Assembly: GCA_964035545.1 (NCBI GenBank)
Contig: OZ037772.1
Location: 8,921,150-8,985,149, forward strand
DNA length: 64,000 bases
Direction: 5' to 3'
Origin: Bugula neritina
Lineage: Eukaryota > Animalia > Bryozoa
In this document: positions 11,028-22,500 of the stretch, in pieces
How the letters are laid out: each line of letters opens with the position of its first letter
Position numbering within the stretch: position 1 is the stretch's first letter
Made by a program: the position numbers and the translations under genes
Notes under the pieces: generated by a model
The model's database searches: none
Seen by the model: the letters and a program-made list of their open reading frames with translations, nothing else
Told to the model about the DNA's origin: nothing

Positions 11028-13077
11028 TTACAACTTAACAGCATAACGTCGGACAGGGAAAGACCTTTCCTTTTTCATTGTTTTGGCTGTTTTCAAACCT
11101 TGCTCATGAGCGGTGAGTCGTCTCCTCATTGCTCTTGTTTTCTTGTATCGCAAATCCTTGGGCTTATATTTCTTACCTACAAAACATTATGGAATAATAA
11201 TGATGGTTTACTTTGAAAAGATACAATCTTCAGAGACAGGCATAGTTTGTGAACAGCTGAAAAAAGAACAAATCTTTCAATAGCGTGTCAGTTTCTTTCA
11301 TACAATAAAGCACAATTCACAAAAGAGTAAAATCAAGATTTAAAGATTACTAGCAGTACTACAGCCTATACTAAATAAAGGAAGAAGTTAGGAACATACT
11401 TCAACTCCAGCTATTTTATTGAGCTTATGGTTTAAATCCCATCAGCAATTTGAGTCACTCAAAATTAAAAACTTTCTACTGAATATATTACAAACAATTT
11501 TCATAATCAAGCAAAGAATCAGCAGTGGCACTAGGACTTTACTTGAGGCCATCTATTCAACAGAAAGAGCAGTGTGTACATTAATCAATTATGAAGCTGC
11601 ATACACCAACCTTGATAGAACTTCCTAAGGTTCTCCCGCTGTGTCTGGTGGATTACTGTAAGAACTCTGGCTATCGACTTTCTTACTACTTTAATCTTGC
11701 TCAGTTTATTGGCTGCACCTCCAGTGACTTTAGCCACTCGCAGGGCAGACAACTCCTGAAACCAATTGACATAAAATAAAACAGGTTCCATCACCGAGGG
11801 AATTTTACTTGTGGCAAAAAAGCTGCAGATCATACATATGATATTTGTGTAGCGTTCACACATGGAAACTTAGTAATTATAGAACGATATTTGTGTCAAA
11901 ATGCAGAACCAAATTGAACTATTAGTCTATTAAGTATTTTGAACAAAACAAATATTTTTTCACAACTGCATTAATTTCACTACTTGGGTAGTACAGAACT
12001 CATTAGGGTCAAACATTCAACAGAAATTGTGCAGAAACAAAAACATGGGTTGCAATTTAGCAGATGCTAGTGAATGTAAGAACTGGCAATACATCATGAT
12101 TAAAATACATTCACACTGATAGCATGGTGTTGGACATTTATTGGTCACTAGTCATAACTATTATTTACAAGTCAATATAATAAAATAAATTATTTGGATA
12201 CATGAATTTTTTTTATTATTTCAATAAGAGTTATTGGAAGGTGCTTAGATTCATTTTTGTAATAATAATGCAGCTCAGTCATTTGCTAGGGTTATTATTT
12301 ACTCAAAGTTATAGAACTATAGAGAAAAAGTTTTTAGAAGTAAAATTGGAAATATTCCACCCTACCAGTACTAAATACAAATATAAATATAGCTAGGTAG
12401 CTGTAATAAAAACACTTCGACTCACCTGTTTGAGATCATCGACTTCTTTGGTCAAGTCACTCTTAGACTTTCCTCTCAACTCTCTAATTTTAACTTTACC
12501 CTAAAACATCATTTTGATTTTCAAGTCTTGAGAAAAACGATTTCAACAAAAGCCAGCCAATGCAATTGTGAACCTTACAACACCAAGTTCAACAGAACCA
12601 CAACTGCTAAACACTGTAACTGTGAGTCTAAGTATAATATAGCACATTCACGTTGACATTGGACACCAGTATTTTCATTTTAGAGTTAATTTGAACTTAA
12701 AATTATTAGTTGAAAAAAAACTTGTTAGAATTAGGCTGATGTGAATTAGAAGATGAGAATAAAATTTCAAGTAAGCAAATTTACATCGGGAATTATGATT
12801 ATTCATTATAGTGCATAGCTACGACTAGAAACATAAATTTATTAGAATGTTTATCGTTATCATTATGGCCTGTGGATAAATGATTTGCGTAGAAATAATT
12901 TCCGCTGGAAAATTCAACTTAAAACTACTTTTAGCTAGAGGAAGTTGGCAAAGATCTAACAAAAGAAAATCTGCAGACTACTTCTAAAAAAAAAATGTAA
13001 ACTTTCAGTTTTAACTGAGATAAGGATGTAGTGGATGTGAAGGATTTAAAAGTTAGATTTAAACTAATTCTTACCAT
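11028..13077 (-). CDS. RPL35: 60S ribosomal protein L35 (uL29), 123 aa
   Basis: Exons 13077-13075 (ATG only), 12500-12426, 11755-11611, 11176-11028. Protein [60 protein letters not shown]...[21 protein letters not shown]...RRYAVKL*. AATAAA at 10994-10989. Confidence 0.98.
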
Positions 13078-13096
13078 TATGTCTGGCGGATACTGC

Positions 13097-13107
13097 AAAA
13101 AGGAAAG
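13097..13107 (-). promoter_or_regulatory. Polypyrimidine initiator / 5'TOP tract of RPL35
   Basis: Minus strand CTTTCCTTTTT ends ~20 nt upstream of the RPL35 ATG, as expected for ribosomal protein genes. Confidence 0.75.
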
Positions 13108-13383
13108 TTTTCAAGGCGCAGGTCAAGGCTGTTTACTAAATAGCCTCAAAGCAACAGATTTATTATTTTTGAAAAATACTGTAGAAATTTATAAAAAAAC
13201 AATTGTATTTTTTTATAAATAAACAAATAAATTGTGAACAAAAAAATTGTGTTTTTACAAAAGTTTCAGAAATATAATATGTTTGAAATAGTGGTTCAAG
13301 AGTAAACACGGAAGTAGCTTGTCGGAATTATTTTTGTTTCTACTCGGACTGAGAATTAAATTTTAGTGGTTTCAGCCATCACA
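13108..13383. promoter_or_regulatory. Putative bidirectional promoter RPL35/ARPC5
   Basis: Only 306 bp lie between the divergent ATGs. ETS/GABP-type CGGAAGT at 13309-13315. Confidence 0.7.
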
Positions 13384-15722
13384 ATGTCCGTGAATACCGG
13401 TGCCAAGCTGTTTAGGAAAGTAGATGTTGACCAGTTTGATGAAGAAAGGTTTGTTGAAGATGCTGGTGATGATTCATCTGCCGTTGGGCCTAACGAAAGT
13501 GAAGTTAACAATCTACTAGCACAGTATCCTTTAACTTTAAGTTTACAGTTTACGGCATTACGGTTACTTAACCCGTAAGCCGAGGCATACTCCTAGGGAA
13601 GGTAAATGAGCTGTTGAAACTAATATAAAATTCAACTCACAAACTGAAGCTCAAATTGCCAAAATTTAACTCCAATTTTTAGTTTAAGCCTGAAATAAAA
13701 GTTAAAAATATTATCAATGTTAATTGCTATGAGTTGAACTTCTAGTTCTTGTCGCTGATCTGAATCATTATGATAAATAGTACCAAGCTAATTAAGAAGT
13801 AATACTAATAGTTATAGTGAGAGTAATAGCCAAATGAACGAAGATTAATTGATTTTAAAATAACTCTAAGCCACAAACAGCTAAATAATAATAGTACGAG
13901 TGCGGTTGATTCGAGATTATCACTGCTTGTCTGCCGTGATCGGTGGTGAAACTTTAATTTGTCTATATTCTCATTCTGCCTGTATAACTGCATAATAATT
14001 TAGTATTTACTTTTGTCCATTTGTAGTTTTACTTTTGATATAAACTAACAAATATAACTTTTAAATATAAGCCAACTTTAACTTGAACTTTTCTACTTGC
14101 TTCTAATCACTATAAGTATAAGTATATAACCAACTCTAATTAGTAAATATGGGTTGTAAATATAACTTAAAAGAAATTGCTGATTTTTAGCCATTCTAGG
14201 CAGCGACATGGAAATCACCCTGACTCAAATCTAGTGCGGTATATCCTGTTTGTTGAGCTATAAATCAACTGTTGATTGTGATTTATGTTATTAGTAATGA
14301 TTAATCATTTTGAGGGATATTTGCTGTTTAATTCTAATAGCTAGTAAAAAATAAAAGACTAATTTTTTTCTATCAGAGATGAGTTTCAATTATATAATAT
14401 ATATCTGTTAGACGGAAATGTGATTTTTAAGTAAAATGAACAGAATACCACATAAGCACATTCGCTTTTAGTTTGTATATTTTTCTTCATTTTGATTTCA
14501 CTCTGTTTCAATCTATCCAAGTTTTTCTTAGCCTTTTTTAAGAAACCGAAATGCAGAAGCTTTGAAAGCAGTCCTGAACAATCCCCCTGTCAACACTAAA
14601 GATCAAGCTATAAAAGTTAGTATACCTCATGTCAAATACAAGATTTTTTGTAATTTTTAGTTTAGAGTTTCTTGAAATATTTACACAAATGTAACAAAAA
14701 AGTCATGATTGCAGGATAGATGTGCATCTCTAGTCCTTAGAGTCTTGTCAGCGTTCAAAGTGTCGGAGATGGAGGGGGCGATAAATGGGTTGGAGCAGCC
14801 CGCACAGGATGTTCTCATGAAGTATTTATACCGAGGCTTTGAGTCACCTAAGGAGGCTGTTCAGTCTAATCTTCTAGCTTGGCATGAGAAGGTCTGTAGT
14901 TTATCCTCTTTCTCCACATTTATATCGATTTAAATACAAAGCATACAAGTTCTTTTACCTGCTTACTGCAAAAATGACTGGATAGTTTGCAATCCTTTTG
15001 AATTGCAAACTATCTGCTGATTCTGATTTTAGTTAGAAGTAATCCGTAAAGTTACAAGTTGTTTCTGTGAAATGTTTGAGAATTGTAATGTATTTAACTG
15101 CTTAAAATGCGTCATGGAAGGTTTGTTCAGTGAATTGGATAACTACAAAACTTCTCGGCATGTTGTAAATTGGAAGTAATTTGCTCTACTTTGTCACAGC
15201 CTGATGAGCTAACTAAATTTTGGTCATGCACACTTAGAGTACCATTAAAAAATAGTTTTCTCCCAATTATTTTCACTATGAATGCATAAGTTATGTTTTT
15301 TGATTAATGCACTAATGTAACCATCTAATAATGTGCATTGCTATCTTAAACCAATGATGAGTATTTTCAAATTCATTGTACTTTTTAGTAAAAATTTAGT
15401 CCTAATTTACTATATTTTTGAATTTATAATCTTTGTTGTGGAATTTGCACTAGGACTTTGCAGATGTTGTTCACTACTTCCGGGCTCAAGTAGTTGCCTC
15501 AATACCACAGAACAAACAATTTGACGGCTCTAAACGCCTAATGAAGAGTTTCTGTGTTTTTCTAGAGTTAATCTTTAAGTGAAACAATTGAACTCATCAC
15601 ATACTGTTGAGAAACTTTCTTCTATGCAAGTGACTATTTTTAACAATTTTCTGTTGCAGTTATTTGCGGTTGGTGGCTACGGGTGTATAGTACGCGTTCT
15701 CACAGATAGAAAGAAAGTTTGA
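13384..15722 (+). CDS. ARPC5: Actin-related protein 2/3 complex subunit 5 (p16-Arc), 150 aa
   Basis: Exons 13384-13523, 14543-14615, 14715-14891, 15660-15722. Motifs FRKVDVDQFDEERF, ALKAVLNNPPVNTK, DVLMKYLYRGFESP, LLAWHEK, GGYGCIVRVLTDRKKV*. Confidence 0.97.
13524..14542 (+). other. U12-type (minor spliceosome) GT-AG intron, ARPC5 intron 1
   Basis: 5' site GTATCCTTT is the U12 consensus. Branch-site-like TTTCTTAGC (14524-14532) ends 10 nt before the exon start. Phase 2, reading frame preserved. Confidence 0.88.
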
Positions 15723-16546
15723 AGAACTCGTACTACAGCAATGGAACTTAAGATATTTTATTTTGTACAAACTGCAGCCATAACTTGCTGCTACACACAG
15801 CCTAATCAACTCTATTTAATTATCCTTTCTTTAAAAATTCCACACACTAAAACATATATGTACTGTCAATGGTATAATATTTATCCAGTAGGACTGAGTT
15901 AGTGTTTATAATGGGATATGATTTTTTTTATAAACAAACTAAATAAAATACATGCTACACGACAAGATTATTTGTTATAGTTACAGTTTTCTATATTTAA
16001 TTCAATGAAGCATCAAAAATATAAAGCTAAGAACGTGAGATTCGGTGATAAAAACTCTTCAAAACAAAAAGCAGATTCAAATAAAAGTGTAAAATTTTGT
16101 GGCACAAATAGTAAATAAGCAGAAACAATATATGCAGGTGCTATATGAACCAATACAGTGTAAAACTGTAATAAATTATACTAGTCTTTTTTCATAGTAA
16201 GTGGTGAAACATATAATGTATGAACATAGTCAATGTTGAAGCGTATTGAGATAATGGTGATATATCCACTACAGTACTGTAGTTAAATTATGAGCAAATG
16301 TAAAAAAACACAATGGGAAAAAGCCAAAGCGATTTACTAACATTTTTACTATGTAAAATATGTGGTATAATAACTAGAATTTGTACAGCTATCTGTTTGT
16401 GCGGTTGGATCAAGTGACTAACAATCTGGGTATAAAATTATCGAAAAAAACTGTGTCCATTTATTAATAACAGTAAACGCAAGTATAAAGCCAAGGTTAT
16501 GGCTAAAAACTAAAACTGATTAATATATTATAGAAGTTGCCTTCTT

Positions 16547-19500
16547 TCAAAGAGACTCTAGTTCCTCTATATTTTGGAGCAGGCTGGTTAGCCTGAGTTC
16601 AGCTTCCGATATGTCAAGATGTTGAGATGCGAGACTGGCATTCAACGTCTCAATCAATGGCAGAAATGTTTCGACACTTCCCGAGATCTCAACTATTTTA
16701 TTCTGCAACAGAGGTGATATATTTGCTGCATAAAGTAATATAACTGAAGGAAAAAAAATCGAAAGTGTTGAACCATAATGATGCAGCATTTTGGATTTTC
16801 ATACAATATAAAAGGTTATATTATTTTCACTAAACATGAAGCAAAAATTAAGCTTGCATTGTGTAATACAAATGTCGTAGGTACATATTGGAAACCATAC
16901 AAGTTAGAAATGGCAACTAGAACTCATTTATACCACTTTAACAGCAAATATATTGTATATAAATGTATGTAAGTGTAAGCGTATGCATACATTTAGCTTT
17001 GGAGCTCTAGAATAAGCATAATAAAATGTTTCATTTCCACTGAAAATCATGTGACCAACCACAAGAAAATTTTAGTTTTCACACATTAAGACTTCGCAAG
17101 ATATAACTCATTATAGTAGAAGCATATAAAGTCTAACTCACCTCTAACTCATTAATCACATCATAATCAGCTGACTCGAGATTGTCAAGTAGTGACTCAA
17201 CATCGGCAAATTGAACACTTAAACGCTCAACTTCAAGTTGTTGAGTCTCTGTTGTGTTTTTCCTGGCAAAGTATCTAAAAACACACACTGGTTATTGCCT
17301 GGTACATCAAATACAACACTGTGATCCTATTACATGTCACTACTATAGTCAATAATACTCTATTTAGTAATACTCTAGTCTGTAATACTATAATGTTGTA
17401 GTATTTAATACTATATTATTATATACTAAGGGCATAATAATATATTACTGAAGTTATTACTATAGTTATAGTAATATAGCATTACAGTAATAAAAACTAT
17501 AGACTATAATGCTAAAATATGCAATTAAATTACTACAATACCTTTATTATAGAATATAGTAGTATACACATTACTGTAGTATTTTAGTACCTACTCTAGC
17601 AAACACTTGTAAACATGGCCACACTCTAGACACAGTACAATTTCTAAAGGTTAGTTAATTTTGACAAGTCAAATACTCGTCATCAATCACCATGATCAAG
17701 AGCAATCACTTGACGAATATTTTCGAAATTGGCAAAAATTACCTTTCAAAATGGCAACATTTTCATAAAAAATAGCTAAATGATATTTAATTTCTAATTA
17801 ATTTAATTAGCTGATCTCATTCCCAATCTCTGTAGTTGATTGGCTAAAAGCACTGACCTAGTTTTCAGTGACTGTATCTCATTGGCTAAAGTTTGACAGG
17901 TCTGGTTGTGCACTGCTACAATGCTGTCTACTATCTCAGTCATGTTTCTCATATAAACATCAGTAGAGACTTCAGACACTTGAGAGAAGAGATCAAATGC
18001 AGTCTTGTTGAGGTTCACCAACAGCTAAAACACACAACTGCAGCATTAGCTTTAAGTATATGTGAGAATCAAGTACCATTTTTTTGAAAATTCATTACGA
18101 TTTTTTGAAAAGTGAGTACTGAGGACAAAAGAAGTTTATTCAAAATATCCGCACACAAAAATGTGCTACTGAAATGCTTTCTTCTATTTATAACTCAAAA
18201 CTCTATTAAAACTCAATTAGATGAATAGATACTAAAATATAATAAAAACAAAACTAATCAAGTATTATAGCAGTGATCAAAACAGCATCATATTTGAAAT
18301 TATTTTTGTTTTTAAGTAATTTCAAAACCAAATGTAGTTGAAATTTAAAATTAGAAATTAATTGTTTATTCTACCGTCACTAAATCCATTATTGTTTCAA
18401 AATAATTTGGAAATAATAAAATATTAAAAAAGCAACATAAAATTAAATTTCAACAAAATGATTTGATTTCATGCATAGCTACCAGTCTATAAAAATAATG
18501 AATTCCCAGACAAATAAGTGACAAAGTAGAATCATCAAAAGGATTTACCTCTCTTTGCAGCATAGTTTTACTGTAGAGGTCATTGCTCTCACTGTGCAGG
18601 GTATCAGCCAGACTTTGAGCTCTAAGCAACCTTTGAGATAGAGTGCTTGCCCTATCAGCTCTAGTAACTGTTAAGTTCCGGATTTCCCACAAAGTGGTTA
18701 GAGACGCTGCAAGTGGCTTTTTAATTTCTACCAAATAAAGTTAGAAAACCATATTATCAACAACTTTTAAAGAATACAAGAAAGTATAGGAAAGACAATA
18801 TTTCAGTTAGCTTAAAATTCCACCTCAAAAATTCATGGTACAATATCTTTAAAATTCAAGGCTAACAAACATAGTGTTTTGCACAAACTTCACCAAGTGA
18901 AACAAAAACTGAGACACAATTTTCAATCGATTGATATTGACATAAGATTGAATAACTGATGAAACCGTTGAAACAAAAACGAACTTGTCTATTTATTGTA
19001 AACCTTGTGAAATTTTTATAAACGTTGTTTTCAAATCACCTTTTCAAACATGAGCTTGAAATATTACCAAGACATATTAATTGGTCTACATCACACGCTC
19101 ACGCACACACGCACACACACGCACACACACACACACACGCACACGCACACGCACACACACATACACACACATGCACGCACATACACACACACGCACACAC
19201 ACAGACCTGTCAAGTAGTCTACAGTATACAGACCTGCCATCTCCAGCTGAAAGTCACTCATCAACTTGAAGATCCCCATAAGATAGGAATAATCAGATTT
19301 CAGTGAACTGACTGACCCAATCATCTCCCCATGTAACCTCTCAATATCCGCCAGATGGCGCTGTACAAGTACAGACAAATTCTCACTTCTGCCAACCGCA
19401 TCATCCACCAAGTTCTGGTTTCCTGCAATATAACATCCAATCGCCACTATAGATGGTGTACTGCTATGTTTTTTTCTATAGAGAGTTTGATGCTTGCCGA

Positions 19501-22500
19501 TTCTATCAAACATAATATCTTGTATAAATATATCCCAGGCCATAAGAAGATACAAAAATACTAAATGATCACTAATAAAGTATCCTTTACATGATGCACT
19601 GGTGGGAAAGTTGGTACAAATGTTCGCACAGAATTAATTTCCTGACACTCAAACTTTTATGCTAAGTATATTTAAGAAATCTAAAGCTTTTCAGTTATAT
19701 AAGAATATGTATCTAGAAATTTAAATATTACATAGGTCAAGGTTAAAATATGATGGGAGGTTTAATTAATATCAAAATGCAGCTAAACAGCTAGCCAGTT
19801 ATCAGGTAAAAAAGTGCCGAACTAGCTTGGAGTCCAGTAAGAAAAACCACAACTAAAAGGAAGTCTCAATCTACTTGATTTTTGGTAAGGCAAATTTGCA
19901 ATGATCTCTAAAGTTACTTACTAGCAGATGTTTCGTTGAAGAGATCAAGGCTGATGATGGTAGAATTTATGTTCTCGTATAGTCTGTCAATTTGGAATAA
20001 AACTTTCTCATTATCGGCAGACACCAATGTCACATTGTCAGTAATTGGTGGACTGGTTTTTAAGCTGAGCAGTGATTGGTTGATAGAGAGGATGTATTCC
20101 TCAATAAGTGGCAGTGATTGGTCAATCTGAGATCTCTTTTCTGATACCTACAATGATGTTGAGCAGAGTGAAAGAGTGAGTTGTAGTAGTAGCAGTAGTA
20201 GTAGTAGTAGTAGTAGCAGTAGTAGTAGTAGTAGTAGCAGTAGCAATAGTAGTAGTAGTAGCGATGGCAGTAGCAGTAGCAGTATAGTAGTAGTAGCAGT
20301 AGTAGTAGCAGTAGTAGTAGCAATGGCAGTAGCAGTAGCAGTATAGTAGTAGTAGCAGCAGTAGTAGTAGTACTAATAGTAGTATTATTAGTAGTAGTAC
20401 TAGTAGTAGTTGTTAGTAGTGGTTAATGGCAGTTGGTACTAGTTAGTAGTAATTGGTAGTAGCTAGTAGTAATTAATAATAGTAGTAGTAGCAGTAGTTG
20501 GTAGTAGCTCCTACTAGCGCTATGATTCAAAAATTTAAATAAACAAAAACTTAACCAGTTATTTAACTCCAAAAATCAACTCTCACTCATATCCATTAAA
20601 TTGCAAATCACATAATGAGTTTATCAACCGAAATATTTGTCCGTACATTATTTTGTATAAGTAACAGAGCTGACAGAGTAGAAGTTATGTTCTCTTGTAT
20701 CAATAAGGCTTCTGAAAGAGTGTTAACTGCAGCAGTTGTAATGTCCTCTGCGAGTTGATCTGCAGCAACTACAATCAACAAACATTTATTAACATCAAAA
20801 CACCACAACCTGGCATAAAAAAATTTCACTAACAGGAAGTAAATGTCAAAATGAGGTAATACTCAAGAGAAAAGATCACATGTCCAATAGGTGATGTAAA
20901 TTGCATCAGAAATAGCCTAAACTTATGACTAACCTAATCACCACTCATTATCAAGCAAACATTTTTATGTACTCCTGTTCCATCTAACTAATTTGGGAAA
21001 GTAAATATGGTGTTATATACAAGGGTGAGCAACTCCCAAACACCCCTATAAAACGGCCTAAATTGCATGCATAACTTGTAATTAACCACCAGTACATAGT
21101 TGTGTTACCAAGTCAAGGCTTTCAAGTTTTTATAGATTACATGAAATTGGGAGTTAAACAAAGGGCAATGTAAACAAATTATATGTGAATATAGGTTAAG
21201 TGTGGCTAAAACCAAAGAAAGCTATTCAGATATATATGTATTGATATTTATGTATTTATACAAAAGGTGACAAATTAGGTAAAGATGGAGTAAAATTTTA
21301 AAGAGATTGGTACTTAACTCACCTATCTCAGTCTGTCTCAGTGTTAGATTACTCAGTTGATCTTCAAGACTTATGGTGATATTCCCAGAAAGTTTTACAA
21401 GGTTGTCAAGAGCAGAAAACCCCTTATCATATAGCAATAAACTCTGGTTAGCTAATCCTAAAGCCAACTCTGAAAAAACACAGACACTGACATGAGATCA
21501 AATTGGGCAAACATCAGGACAAAATTTTATAATATAAAATAATAAAGGAATTATAGCATAAAGTAGATCTTATTTAAGGAAGTTACACAAGATTATCTCA
21601 TCTCTAGCAACACACAAGTATATAATTAAATTGAAACATATATAAATGCACATAATTTTTTTTTACAATTAAATTATATTAAATTAAAACTCACACACCT
21701 TCGCGCACACATATATATTTACTAGGATGTAAAATAATAATAGTACTAGTTTATTTTGACTGTACTGACCGTCTATAGTAGCTGTATCTAAAGCTAGCCT
21801 CTGGTCCAACCAATCAGACAGATTGTAGGAGTAACTAAGACTGTTGTTTAGGCTGAGTAGAGTGGTGTTCCAGTGACCTAGAGCTGAGGCTAGACTGGAA
21901 GGAATGTCAGTAGTATAACCTTGCCATTCACTTATCCTAGCTGAGATATTCGTGTTTATATCGGAAAGAGTAACCAACTGAAAAATAAAATAAATGACGT
22001 TACATCACAACATTTTTCAAAGACAATATTATTAAATTAAATATTTAGAGATGAATCTGATGACGAGATATTCAGTAAATGTTAACTAAATTAGCAATAA
22101 AGTGACTACTTAACAATTATTTACCATAGATATTGTGATAAAATCGTACCTGGCGTTAATAATTCAAATTCCAAATACTCGTTTTTTTATTTTAACTATT
22201 ATTTAAACAGTTAGAACTGGGATTTAATATTCAAATATGAAATAAGTGAACAATAATTTGCTATTTAGAATACTAAAAAGCCGGAGATATGAAGAGTTGT
22301 CTCACCTCATATGTAAGTCTAGTAACCAAGTCAGTCACGTAACCTAAGTCCTCTTCAAAGGTCCGATTGTGTTGGGTGGTACTCAACACGGTCTCGTTAA
22401 TCACCATAATTGAAGAACTCAACTGCTCTGTCTTGTTGCCAACTAATGAGTAGCATTCATGGCAGGCTGTAAACAAAGATTATCAGATTGAATGAGTCAG

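Noticed and set aside
19025-19555. His/Thr-rich and Cys/Val-rich ORFs
   Set aside because: Translations of the (CA)n microsatellite; only ~19423-19207 is a real laminin exon.
19580-19588. GTATCCTTT U12-like donor
   Set aside because: Antisense to the laminin gene with no plus-strand exon upstream; chance match.
20060-20323. Poly-Leu/Tyr/Cys ORF
   Set aside because: Translation of the (CTA/CTG)n repeat.
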